Shown piece by piece: positions 43,646-56,490 of a DNA stretch of 64,000 bases. Position 1 is the stretch's first letter, and each line of letters begins with the position of its first letter. Origin of the DNA: Octopus sinensis (taxonomy: Eukaryota). Where the stretch lies: positions 72,292,001 to 72,356,000 of the forward strand of contig NC_043008.1 of the NCBI RefSeq assembly GCF_006345805.1, written 5' to 3'. The notes below the pieces were generated by a model. It saw only the letters and a list, made by a program, of their open reading frames with translations. It did no database searches and had not been told where the DNA came from. Position numbers and translations under genes: made by a program.

Positions 43646-45012
43646 AGATAGATATGTATATATATACATAAACACACATAGACAAATACACATATACATA
43701 CATATTAATATACAAATACATACATATGTATACAGAAACATATATATATATATATACATCATACACGTCTTTATATATATATATGTATATATATATATAT
43801 ACACGGATGCTTGTATATGTGTATACACACATGCACACATAAGTACACACATATATGTATGTGAATATGTGTGTGTGTATGAGTATCTGCGATCAGGTGT
43901 GCATGTGTGTATATGAGTATCTGAGCGCGGACATGCATGTGTGTGTAGTACAAGGAATCGGTGAAAATTGTTCAACGAGAAGAGTCCAGAGGAATAAAAT
44001 GAAAAGAAAAAAGGGAAATAAAGAAAGACTTTAAACAGAAGATACAAAGATTTGAAGGAAAATGCCGGAAGTAGTGAATATGAAACATTGTATAATGGCG
44101 GAGTCGTACGGCAAGAAGTTGGAGTGAGAAAAACAATCAACAAATGAAAATAGATAAATAATCTATGTCCTGGCAATATTTCCCTCACTTCTTTTGGCTC
44201 AAGGAAATTTTCTTTATCCAGATTAAGTGGCCATTGATGGCAAAACTGTTTACTTCAAGCAAATATATTCCGACTATCAATTCTAACGTTATATCCTTTA
44301 ATAATGAAACTATACAATTTCTCCCTCTCTCTCTCTCTTTTCTCTCTCTCTCTCTCTCACTTTCTCTTTCTCTCACTCTCTTTCTCTCACTCTCATTCTA
44401 TCCCGTTGTCTCTGTAAGACGCTACATCAGCTGTCCATGAGACATAAGAGTTAGTTGAAGAGGATATATGTATCCCCAGCAGGAAATTTAGTTTCGCATA
44501 TGAGATCTTGGTTTTAAAAATTCTGGCAGCTTGTTAAAGATCAGACCAAAAGTTCAGTCATCCAAGAGAGAAGAATTATTTTCGAACGGACAGAGGAGAA
44601 AGAGAAAGAGAAAGAGAGCAAAAGATTATGTAAGAGAGAGAGGGGGAGGAGTCAGAGACAGAAATTAATGTTATTTTACAGAGTTAGCCTGCAATTGAGA
44701 GAATGGTTAGTTTTAATAATATATTTCTCCTACTCGTCGCAGTTTTGATGGTGGTGGCAGCGGCGGCGGTGGCGACGGTGGCGACGGTAGCAGTGGTGGG
44801 TGTGGTGGTGGCTGTGCTGACGTTGGTAGGGAATACCATTCTACTGGCGATGGGAGAGGCGTCGTTAAAGTTGCTTTCTTGCGCTTTCCAATTTCTCCTT
44901 AATCGTGATGTCGTTCTTATATTCCCTACCGTCGTTGATAGTGTTGCTGTTGTTGATGTTCGACCAGTTGTTGATCTTGCCGCTCCTTGCCACGCTGTTG
45001 CTGTTGTCGTTG

Positions 45013-45016
<4 letters not shown>

Positions 45017-45045
<29 letters not shown>

Positions 45046-45348
45046 CTTCTTCTTCTTCTTCTTCTCTTCTTCTTCTTCTTCTTCTTCTCTTCTTCTTCTT
45101 TCTTCTTCTTCTTTCTTCTTCTCTTCTTCTTCTTTCTTCTTTCTTCGTCTTCTTTTTCTTCTTCTTCTCTTCTTCTTTCTTCTTCTCTTCTTCTTCTTCT
45201 TCTTCTTCTTCTTCTCTTCTTTCTTCGTCTTCTTCTTCTTCTTCTTCTTCTTCTTCTTCTTTCTGCGTTCTTCTTTCTTCTTCTTCTTTTTCTTCTCTTC
45301 TTCTTCTTCTTCTTCTTCTGATGTTGCTGCTGCTGCTGCTGCTGCTGT
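45017..45348. repeat. Irregular (TCT)n tract followed by (GCT)n
   Basis: Direct reading. Confidence 0.9.
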
Positions 45349-45576
45349 TCAACATGTCGTCGATGCTGTTACTAACACGGCTTTCTACTAAATGTTACAT
45401 GACAGTCACAGTAGTATTGTTGAGGGTGATTGGGATTTGAAAGCGGGAAAGTTTTTTCTTGGAGAAAGAAGTCATAAGGAAGTTTTTCTCTGACGGGCTT
45501 CCTTTTGCTGCTTGTATCTCCTGTCGCTACTTGTATCTTCTATTGCTGATAACTTTTCATCATCACCTAGCAAAAT

Positions 45577-45888
45577 CTAACCCAGTGGTTCTCAAACAGT
45601 TTTTTTTTTACCACTAGACCCGTTTGATTACTATTCGCTGTTTAAAACTAGTTTTATAGCCATTAGATGTTTAAAACCTATTTAGTTTTTCACACATAGG
45701 TTGCACTATGTAAAACATTAGACAAAAAAATTTACTTGCAATAAATACATCTAAAGCAATATTTTTCGTGGACTCTTAAAATACTGTGGACCCTACATAT
45801 TATTTTGCTTGCGTGGATCCCCCCACCAAAAATATTATATGGACCTTAAGGGTTCATATAGACTCTGGTTGAGAGCAATATGGGTTAG
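45577..45888. mobile_element. hAT/Charlie-like MITE, degraded
   Basis: CTAACCCAGTGGTTCTCAA ... TTGAGAGCAATATGGGTTAG imperfect terminal inverted repeats; subterminal GGACCC motifs. No clean TSD. Confidence 0.45.
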
Positions 45889-46144
45889 TTTCTAACTTAT
45901 GTTTATAGTTTGTTTTGCGCTTTTGAGAACAATTAAGAAACAAATTCTTCGAAATACGACAGGCCAAACTACTAGAATAAGAAGAACTTTTTTCTCCTTT
46001 CGGTCTGCAATCATTGCGAACAACAATAATGTTTTTAAAAAAACTCCAAGAGAGCAAACATAACCATTTTTGTAATACGAAATGATAATCATGTAGCATG
46101 CAGACAGAAGCAAATAATAATGATTGTAATGACAACAGACATTT

Positions 46145-46330
46145 CTGCTAAAGACGCAAGACCTGAAATTTGTGGGGAAGGCGCTAGTCGATTACATCGA
46201 CCCCATTACTCGACTGGTGTTTAATTTATTGAAACCCTCCCCTCGCACCCGAAAGGATGAAAGGCAAAGTCGACCTCAACAGAATTTGAACTGGAAGAAA
46301 AGCAGCAAGATATTTTGTTTGGCGTGTTAA
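46145..46330 (-). mobile_element. SINE family B, partial
   Basis: GTCGATTACATCGACCCC..CCCGAAAGGATGAAAGGCAAAGTCGACCTC. Confidence 0.75.
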
Positions 46331-46357
46331 AGATTTTGTCACCTCACAGACTTGATA

Positions 46358-46388
<31 letters not shown>

Positions 46389-46454
46389 CGAGATGATTAT
46401 GATGGTGATGCTGGTGACGACGACGACGACGATGGTGATGATGATGATGATTAT

Positions 46455-47140
46455 GGTATCTTTTATTAGCAACGAAAGTATAGACGAGGTGGACAGAGAT
46501 ATACATCACAAGGACAATCTACAATTTGTACGAGGAGTTACATAAAGGCTGAAGAGAAAGAAATTGGAAAGACTGCCAAATGAGATAAAAGTATACATCG
46601 TATACTTTTATCCTGATTTGGGAGAAGCTCCAAATAGGGCCAGTCATGGAACGCCACAGAATCAGGATTATCCTAACCACCAAAGGCACGAGTCCTACCC
46701 AACTGTTGGTCTCCAATCTACAGGCGCATATTTAGAGTAGGATCATTCACCTTATACATTTCTGCCATAATCACCCATCTTTTCGCAAATTCACCAGTAA
46801 GTAACACTTCCTTCACCACACTCATCTTCCTTTCTTAGTGGAACTTGAAACAGTTGATGGGGGTTTGCTCGAAGTTGAAGGTGTCTTTCTTCAATCATTT
46901 CAGCCTGGTGGACCTCATTATTTAATTCACCTTAGTTACTGCACAGAAGAAAACCACCTACTCTGCCTTCTTAAAGGCTGGTGTCGAGGCGATACTCACG
47001 ATAGATTCGGCCGATAGACTGATTCGTCCCACTTCTGATGACAGCTGTTCGACAAAGCTGCATGAGTGAGTGTAGAACGGTTTCATCACATTGCGTGAAT
47101 CTCGAGCAGTCCCACTTGGGTGCACTTTCGTGCTTGTAGA
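46455..47140 (-). mobile_element. L1/Tx1-like LINE 3' fragment, second copy
   Basis: EQLSSEVGRISLSAESIV matches EQLLSQVGRIKLSAESIV of 26566-27433; on the minus strand AATAAA is followed by (ATC)n. Confidence 0.7.
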
Positions 47141-47146
47141 GTAACC

Positions 47147-47337
47147 CTTTCTACAATAGACAGAAGGCTTGAAATTTGTGGATGGGATCAAGTCAGTTAC
47201 ATTGAAACACAGTACTGGACAAGTTCTTACTTTATCAACCGAAAGGATAAAAGATAAAATCGATTTTTCGAACTCATAACGTAAAGACGGGCGAAATGCT
47301 GCTAAGCATTTGCCCGGCATGTGAACGATTCTGGCAT
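47147..47337 (-). mobile_element. SINE family B, degraded (further fragments at about 47520-47930)
   Basis: CCGAAAGGATAAAAG..AACGTAAAGACGGGCGAAATGCTGCTAAGCATTT. Confidence 0.65.
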
Positions 47338-47520
47338 AACAACAGCAGCAGCAGCAGCAGCAGCAGAAGCAGAAGAAGAAGAAGAAGAAGAAGAAGAAGA
47401 AGAAAAAGAAGAAGAAGAAGAAGAAGAAGAAGAAAAAGAAGAAGAAGAAGAAGAAGAAGAAGAAGAAGAAGAAGAAGAAGAAGAAGAAGAAGAACAACAA
47501 CAACAACAACCAACAACAAA
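47338..47520. repeat. (CAG)n(GAA)n(CAA)n compound microsatellite
   Basis: Direct reading. Confidence 0.95.
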
Positions 47521-47968
47521 CAAGACCTGAAATTTTGTAGTTGGTGTCCGGTTGCTTATTTCGATCTCACTACTCACCTGGTACTTGTTTCATCAAGGCC
47601 GGCAAAGTCGACCTCAGCTGAATTTGAAGTCAGAAAGTAATGAGTCAGAAGAAATGCTCCAAAGCATTTTGTCAACGATGATGATGATGAGGAGGAGGAG
47701 GAGGCGGGGGAAGGGAAGGGGGAGGATACTGTTTCGAATATAAGCGCATGGCCAATTTCGTGGTATGATTTTACTCAATCTCTCCGATCCCAGTATTTGA
47801 CTGATATCTTCTTATTCCATTCCGCCCTGATGAATGAAAAGCAATGTTGATCCCGACAAAATCTGAACAGAATTTAAGGCGCCGGAACAAATGCATTATG
47901 CATTTTCCGATGCTCTAGCGATTCTACCAACAACAACAACAACAACAACATCAACAATAATAATAATA

Positions 47969-48030
<62 letters not shown>

Positions 48031-48044
48031 TATAATAATAGTAA

Positions 48045-48900
48045 TGACTTTTATTTGCCATCTGGACAATGAATGAGAGTATGATACAAAACCAGACATG
48101 GCTACTATATTGAATCGAAGGATGAAAACATATTTGCAATGTAAATAAACATGGTTATAGCATTAAAAAAAGTAGATGATGATGCAATTTTCTTAATATA
48201 AAAGAAGCTCTAGGACCAATCGAGATCCCCTACAGTCCCAGGTCTCCTGAATCCCAAGAGAAAAGCCCCTCTTCGATTGTCGTTCTCTTACATATATAGC
48301 TATGCCTAGATTGGCCCCATTCATTCTTGCCACATTTGCCACTTTTTCATAACTTTCATTACATTTACTTGCGGATAGCATTTACCTCTCGTGTTCCAAT
48401 TTTACTTTCAATTGAAACTTGAAAAATTCGGTAAGGGTTCTAACAAAGGGACAAGTTTCTGTGTTCATACCGCATTACAAATTTTTGCTAAAACTATCAC
48501 ACAGAGTAAAACTATCTTATCTGGCCAATTAAAGGATGGATATAGAACAGTCATCTTGTTAGACTTGGCTGACAGCTGGATCTGTCCCATAAGCAACAAC
48601 AAATGTTCTATATAACTACAAAATTCAGCAATTTCGGACACTGAGAAAGTGCGTACAAAATGGTTAAGTCGCCCTACGAACATCTCAGACACGCCCATCT
48701 CATACCTGAAGAGTTAATCTCAGATTGGTAGCATTTCTCGGTAGCACTATCAGATCAAAAATTAGTAGTCACCAACCCACAAGTTCCCCCGGAATAGACA
48801 AGCCAGTTAATTTTCATGGACGCCCAGAATTTTCTCGAAAATGTCATCACCAAACGGTAGAGGGTTGAGCACTTGGAAAAAATCTATAAGCCATGACTGG
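48045..48900 (-). mobile_element. L1/Tx1-like LINE 3' fragment, third and more diverged copy
   Basis: YIEHLLLLMGQIQLSAKSN..LLCVIVLAK aligns with YDEQLLSQVGRIKLSAESI..FFCLIAVAK; on the minus strand AATAAA is followed by (TTA)n. Confidence 0.55.
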
Positions 48901-50417
48901 AGTTCCGTCAAGGAGCCAAGCTGCAGGAATACGTTACATAATCTGCACACCAAACTTTTCTCCAAGGACTAAAACAAACAAATAAATAAACCCTATGTTA
49001 CTTAGACAGCATGGCAACCCAACTAGAATGATCCTAAGTTTTTGTTCCTTAACCCAAAATATCTCCCAGGGGAATCCGACATACATAAAATGGAAAAACT
49101 TATATAGGGCTCATAACAATCTGGACCTAAATAGCAACCCAATTATTACCGACCCAAAGTTGATATATTTACACCCACTCGATAGAATTCAGGATAAAAA
49201 ACGGTGGAACAGAATACAGAAAACCGAAGATAGTCAACCCTTCATACAAAACCCTTCTAATATAAACCCAAGTCCTCTCGAAATTTATAAATTTCTCCCC
49301 CATACTGTAATACCACAACTTCAATATGATACAGGTCGATATCTCTAAGTTCTGTAGAAAATAAAGTCTGACAGAAAAATTATTTAGCAAGAACATTGAC
49401 CACTCAATTGCATGAAATGAAAACATTTATAGTGCAACACAAGGTATTTTGCTCTTCTACTAACCTGGATAACAAGAAATTATAACGTTAAGACTAACTA
49501 CTCAGTCATAATTTCCATACTCGAAACCGGCCGACTGTGTAAGATTTTCATTTCATAAATATATTTCTTTCTTCAAACATAAAATTTCTGCGTATTTTCC
49601 TTATGTGCGTTTGTGTGAGAGTATGTGAGTGATTCTTTTGCCTATCTGCAAGAAACTGTTTAACTAGATCTTCAAAATCAGCGTGATGAAAGCAGTAGAG
49701 GCAAAACAAAAGCCTTGAGACATATTGGCGTTTTAAAATGCTGAGATATACATTATGATCATGATGTAAAGGAGGGGCTGAATGAATATAACACCGATAT
49801 AAATTTATATTTATTGATGCCTACGCATAAATATGTCCCGATCTCCCTTTTCTTCCTTCCCTCCATATATATGTGTGTGTGTGTGTGTAAATATACATGT
49901 AAATGTATGTATATGCATTTATATATATTTATATTATACATACATAGCTAGATAGGTATATATGCAATGAAAGAAAGGGAAAGTAATTTCGCAGACACAC
50001 AACACACGCAAATATACATATGGTTGTATGCGTGTGTCTTTGATTTACATATAGTTTCAAACATATAGACAAAATAGGAAAAATTACAGAAAATCGAGAT
50101 ACGGTTGCTCCTGATGGCATTTTTAGAAAGCTTTAGGCAGGCTTCAACTTTTTTTCCGTCTAATTAACAAATTGTGCATAAAATAATATGATGTCTTACA
50201 TATTATTCTTTTCTTTTCATCTAACAATGATTTGTTTTCTTTACTTAAACTCAACATCCCAGATTTGCGGCTAAAATGATAAATAACCAGAAAGTCAGGA
50301 GATATCTTGTTTCATGGGAGAATTGCCTTCTTGTTTTAAATATGTAATAGTAGGTGAAAATATAACGATTCTACGACTGGACCACTTATAATATCTGAAT
50401 ATATATACATATTATAT

Positions 50418-50499
<82 letters not shown>

Positions 50500-50527
50500 A
50501 ATACATATATATTTACACACACACATA

Positions 50528-51820
50528 CGAGGGGCGTTCAATAAGTAATGCCCCTGACCCACTTCCCATAGCAGTAAAGCAACGAACCTTGGCACAGTTA
50601 TTAGTCTTTTTCTACATAGGAACCACCCAAAGTTACACATTTCTGCTATCATTTGATGCAGCTCTGGAGACCGGAGTTTTTAGAAGACCCCAGCTTGGTC
50701 CTCCAACCACGACGTAACTTCAGAAATCAAGGCTTCATCATCTGGGAAACGCTTTCCTTTCAAAAATAACTTCGTGGCTGGGAAGAGATGAAAATCAGAA
50801 GGTGCAAGGTCAGAAGAGTAGGAGGATGGGGGAGGAGTTCATAGCCACACGTCTGTGCTTCTGATCTGGCGACACGCGAGTTGTGGACCGGAGCGTTGTC
50901 CTGCAGGAGGAGGATGCCTTTGCTGATCTTGCCCCGCCTCTCGATTTTGATAGCTTCTCTTAATTTCCTCAAAAGGGAAGCATAATAGGCTCCTGTAATT
51001 GTGGTACCCTTTGCCAGGAAATCTGTCATCACTACTCTGTCCTGGTCCCAGAAGACTGTGAGCATGACCTTGCCAGCGGAGGGCTGCACCCTTGCCTTCT
51101 TTGGAGGTGGTGAGTCACGGTGCTTCCACTGCATTGACTGGGATTTGGTCTCTGGATCATCGTGATGGACCCAGGTTTCATCCTGTGTAATCAGTCTTTT
51201 GAAAAGTTTTGACTCATCTTCTTGGCATATCTCCAAATTCATCCTCGAGCACTCGACGCGTTCTTGCTTCTGGAAAGATGTGAGCAACCTGGGAATCCAT
51301 CAGGCAGACACCTTTTGCATATGCAAATGGTCATGAATGATAGTTTCCACAGACCCGGTACTAATCTTGACCTCATGGACTATTTGGCGAATAGTTATGC
51401 GTCGATCTTCCAAAATGGCAGCCTCAACTTGACGGACAGATGCCTCATCAATGGCAGAAGGGGGGCGACCAGATCTGGGAGCTGTTTCCACAGAGTTCCG
51501 ACCATGTTTGAATTTACGATGCCAGCGTTTTACAAGGTCATATGATGGAGCATCATCACCATAAGTTACTTTCATTTCATCAAAAGTCTCCCGTAGTGTG
51601 CGTCCTTTCAAATACAAAAACCGGATCACTGCTCGACATTCAACAGGCTCCATTTCACACTTGACTCAGTTGAAACACCTGTAAATCAGAAACCACAATT
51701 AGTTCAGAGCTGTAATTTGCCACTTCATCTATAGAGATATAAATAATTGCACATGCAAAATTTTAGCTAGATCAAACAACTGTAAGTGGGTCAGAGCCAT
51801 TACTTATTGAACGTCCCTCG
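50528..51820 (-). mobile_element. Full-length mariner relic (irritans-like); transposase pseudogene from 51653 to about 50600
   Basis: TIRs CGAGGGGCGTTCAATAAGTAATG / CATTACTTATTGAACGTCCCTCG with TA flanks. Motifs WIPRLL, TQDETW, LQDNAP, YSSDLAPSDFHLF. In-frame stop at about 51300 and frameshift at about 50820. Confidence 0.95.
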
Positions 51821-51824
51821 TATG

Positions 51825-53060
51825 CGAGGGGTGTATAAAAAGTCTTGAGCCTCAAAACAGAAAACATAGTACAAGACTTCTGATGATTTATTTTTTTTAA
51901 CATAGTCCCCCCTCGACGACTGAACACTCTCTGCAGCGGTGCTGAAGCGCCATTATCCCGGCGTAGAACTCTTTTATTTGAGACTCCAAGAAACCTCCTA
52001 CGGCATCTTTGACGTCATTGTCGCTGGCAAAATGGCGAGCAGCCAGGGCTTTTTCCATTTTGGGGAATAGATGAAAGTCAGAGGGAGCTAAGTCTGGCGA
52101 ATAAGGCGGATGGCGAACAAGTATGTATCCACAATCACGAATTGTTACTATAGCAACTACTGAGGTGTGGGCTGGAGCATTGTCGTGATGGAAAAGGATT
52201 CCTCTGGTGAGCATTCCTGGCAATTTTTCTTTGATTGCTTCTCGGATGCGTTTCAGTACCTGAGAATAATGCTGCCCTGTCACGGTGTGACCCTTTTCAA
52301 GGTAATCGGTAAGTAAGACACCTTGAGAATAAAAAACAAAAACGGTCACCATGACCTTGCCAGCTGAAGGAACGACCATAGCCTTCTTTGGGGTAGAAGA
52401 AGATGTCTGCTTCCACTGCTTCGGTTGTTCTTTGGTTTTAGGATGGTAGTGATGAACCCAACATTCTCTCTCGAGAGAAAATTATCTTCATCGAGGGACC
52501 CACCATGCGGAAACCTTTGAGAACCCAAGTTCTTTTGTCACAATGTTGACTGCTCTTTCAATTGAGATGCCCATTCTCTCGGCAATCTGATGATATGATA
52601 TTCGGCGATCTTGCATCATCATACCAAGAGCAAGGTCAAGGTTGTCCTTGATGTTTGCCGTTGGAGGTGTCCTTGGTCTGGGATCATCTTCCACACTCTC
52701 CCTGCCACGCTTGAATTCATTTACCCAGCGTTTGTCTGTTGCATATCATGGAGCATTGTCTGTTGCATATCATGGAGCATTGTCTGTTAAGTTTCTTACC
52801 ATATCTTCTTGGATTTCTGATGGAGTCATGCCTTTCAAATGAAGGTACTTTATGACAGCACGATAAGCAGTTTTCTCCATTCTCGCTGTAACCTCGACAC
52901 TTCTTTATTCAAAAACCTGCAACAAAAGCAATTTAAGTATCAGAATCATGAAAATTAACAAGAAAACTCAGAAAAGACTGTACTTAATAGAAATAAATTG
53001 TTTCAGCTATCTAGCAGTCCTGTTACTAGGTTATGCTCAAAACTCTTCATACACTTCTAG
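51825..53060 (-). mobile_element. Second mariner relic (different family); transposase pseudogene from 52880 to about 51895
   Basis: TIRs CGAGGGGTGTATAAAAAGTCTTGAGC / GCTCAAAACTCTTCATACACTTCTAG. Motifs MEKTAYRAVIKYL, WVPR, HHDNAPAH, YSPDLAPSDFHLF. Internal deletion after WVPR and a 24-bp tandem duplication at about 52732-52788. Confidence 0.92.
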
Positions 53061-53257
53061 TATATAATGCACAATGTATGGATTTAACTTATACGGTGGA
53101 ACTCATAGAAAACGATCATTTCATAGATCAGGTTACACATAGGAAACCAAATCAAAACAAAACAAAGGGGTGTAATATATAGTTGAAATCCAATAAGTCC
53201 AGTTGGTAATGATCATTTCATTAGGAGTGTATAAAATATAAAGAAAGAAGGAGGTAA

Positions 53258-53332
53258 TACAGTTCTGTATTTAAGAGATGAGGAATTATGTACATTATTT
53301 ACATTTGACAGATATTTGTCCTCATCTTGTTT
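53258..53332 (-). mobile_element. 3' tail fragment of the element at 54688-55002
   Basis: ATTTACATTTGACAGATATTTGTCCTCATCTTGTTT matches about 54694-54729. Confidence 0.7.
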
Positions 53333-53541
53333 CGGAATAGCTAACGAACAACAGGACAATGACGAAAACAAGCACGACCAAATAAAGTAATACATATACA
53401 CAAAAAGCCTTGCAACTGGCAGACGGGCGAATATGAGCAGCGCAAAGGAAAATGAAAGTGCCCTGTAGGACTAGAGACGAAAGAGGGGCAGAGAGAAAGT
53501 CAGAAGGAATGAAGAAGTAAATAAGCCGTGTAGGAAAAAGA

Positions 53542-53670
53542 TGTGGCATATTTCAATTGCTAAAAGGCAAATTCACTGCAGTTACCGCAGAGAAAATTAT
53601 TCCTAAAGTTAAAAATGCGTTTAAACACCGTTGCAGTGAATTTGCCTTGTAGCAGATGAAATATGTCACA
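53542..53670. repeat. 39-bp imperfect inverted repeat (MITE-like)
   Basis: Arms 53542-53580 and 53632-53670 with about 4 mismatches. Confidence 0.8.
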
Positions 53671-54687
53671 AGCATATTTTAACTAATCTAAACACTGCTT
53701 AGCGCTAATATTTCGGTAATTTCTATGACGTGGCGGTCTACTGGTGCGAATCAGTGAGTAATCTTTTTATAAGATCTATTTAGAGTTGGCTCTCTTACGT
53801 ATTTCCCATTGATTAAAGCTAAGGAGCTAGAAACATCGATGTCTGGGAATCCTGACAGATAGCGACACCGAACAGATATGGTGTTTTTGCACCTTTTTAC
53901 CATAAGAGAAAATTAAGTTACATTTTTTTTTGTTCTCATTTTTATACATGTATACACATTTCTATGTCGGTGCCACGTTTGTATATATCTAGGACAGAAT
54001 TGGAAGAAATCTTATAATAAGTCATCAAAGAAACTTCATAGAACACGTAAATTAAAATCCCTTTATACAAATCAAATCGCTTATAAAACAATGCACACCT
54101 AGAGAGACACATATCGACATACAACCCTTACTCAAATGCTTTTCTGAAAATCAAAGAGAAACAATTTTCTATGCTAACAAAGCTATGGCATGCCTGTCTA
54201 ATAACGCCCATCTTAAAAATGAAAACAAGAAATACTTTAAGTACCAATAACAACCAAGTAAAGAAATGATCAGTGAAAACTTAGCATCTACCTACATTGA
54301 CGCACCCTGTTACTAAAGGCTCAAAAACTGCACTTTGTACCTTCGACTTTTGATGCAAACGGTTTAAATCGAATAACGTCAATAGCAACAAAAATGCTGC
54401 GATACTCTGTGTCTACCTAACGAAAGAGAAACAGCCACACGCTTGTTTACAAAGTTTTGCATACACAGATAAATTCTAACTAACCTTATCTTAAATTTAA
54501 TCAATAAAATTTCTCCAAGACCCCTCTCCATAACAACCAAACCCAAAGAACTTAAATACCACTTCACTCAAATTCACACACCCAAGGGAGATCTTAACTC
54601 GATAAAGGTAAAACTAACTCTAATTCACTGCAACACGATGATGGCTTGGCTGGACGAAATTTCGCAGTCACTGTCAACGATGTTCTT

Positions 54688-54849
54688 TACATCATTTACA
54701 TTTGACGGATATTTGTCCTCAGCTTGTTTGTTGTTAATACATTTCAGCTGTTATACTCTCCAGCCTTCATCATGTGTCTTGGGGAAATTTCGAACCTGGG
54801 TTCTCAATCCTAAGGTTTTTTCGATATTATTACTATATTATTATTATTA

Positions 54850-54897
<48 letters not shown>

Positions 54898-55002
54898 CAT
54901 TATTATTATTATTATTCAGGTCACTGCTTGGAATCGAACTCGGAATCTTGGGGTTAGTAACCCGCGTTCTTAACGACTACGCCATATGCCCGTGTGCATA
55001 TG
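54688..55002 (-). mobile_element. SINE-like element: tRNA-like head, (AAT)n spacer, decayed hammerhead-bearing tail
   Basis: Minus strand: A box TGGCGTAGTCG, B box GAGTTCGATTCC, (AAT)n, then gacac-ATGATGA-A-GGCTG..CAGCT-GAAA. Confidence 0.6.
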
Positions 55003-56087
55003 TCTGTGTGTGTGTGTGCGATGGTACAGATGATGTTGAGGAGGAGGAGGAGGAGGCGGATGAGGAGGCGGAGAAGGAGAAGAAGGAGGTGGTGGTGGTG
55101 GATGAAGTAGAGGAAGAGGAATTAGCACCTCACCAATTATGAAATTGTAAGCGACACAGCAACGTAGACATTTTGCAGGTAATGATGTCTGAGAATTGAT
55201 GGCGGACAAATCATGGAATCCATAAAAATAACCTATTACAGCCAACAATTGACCCAAAATTCAGGTTTTATGTTCCATAATTAACTTCAACCGCCTCCCA
55301 CACCTCATTTATTGCTTCTTTACTTTCATAGAACCACCATCGTAATTTGATTCCCTTCACGTTATTTTACATATTATTCTTTACATTTTTAGACATATTT
55401 CCTCTTCTTTTCTTTGCCTATATTACCACTCTTTCTTTTCTGCTTCCATATTTCTGCCTTCCCTTGCTTCTTCTCCTCCTCCTTCTCCTCCTTCCTTTCC
55501 GCCTCACGTCTCTTTGTCTTCTCTGCCTCTAACTGCTCCAACCTCACCCATGCGTCCCCTGCCATTTTACAATTATTCCATAACATATATTTGAAACCTT
55601 ATTAGATCGCTCTATTCTATTTGCACGTTATGACACACACTAACACTACCACCATCTTTATTACAACCTCCATCACTACCAATACCAACAGCACCAACAA
55701 TGCTACTTTCGTCTCTACATTCGCACTAACACCTTTAACACCAGTCGCCACTCATTAACTCGACGCTATTCTATATTCTCACCATTCAACTCTTCACAAA
55801 CTGTGAAGCATCACCTTTCCACTAAACTTCCAACAACTGCGCTAATTATTTTCATTGGCCTGAATCACTGAAAAACTACAAAAATTATTTATGAATGCAG
55901 TCATGATTCAATTTTCTGGCTCTAATTTAATAAATACTACAATTATACACTTCTTTTCAATAGCTTTAACATATTGTTCTATCGTATTGATGTCAAACAA
56001 TATTGTATCACCATTGTTGCTTTACCGATCATAAGCGGATGTGGCAGGAATTAGAAAGAACCGAACTAAATACATCGGAGTAATTAC

Positions 56088-56490
56088 TTCGTCGTCATCG
56101 TCATCGTCATCATCGTCATCATCATCGTCCTCGTCGTTGTCGTCTTCGTCGTCATCATTATCGTCCTCGTCGTCGTCATCTTCCTCGTCCTCATCATCAT
56201 CATCATCATCGTCATCATCAGCATCGACGTCATCACATCCTTTCATTACCACCATCATCATCATCATCAACATATTTGTGGTGGTCGTCATCGTTGCTGC
56301 CACCGTTACCATTATCATACGCGTCGTCGTTGTTCCCACCGTCGTCCTCATCATCACTTTCATCATCATGAACAGCATCACCATTGTAATTACCCTCGAC
56401 GTCGTCATCATTATCGTCGTCGTCGTCATCATCCTCATCGTCGTCGTCGTCGTCGTCATCATCGTCATCGTCATCATCATCATCATTCTC
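56088..56490. repeat. Degenerate (TCG/TCA)n trinucleotide field
   Basis: Direct reading. Confidence 0.9.

Noticed and set aside
48980-49600. Possible Penelope remnant (KTYIGL motif)
   Set aside because: Only one short motif, with no continuous alignable frame.
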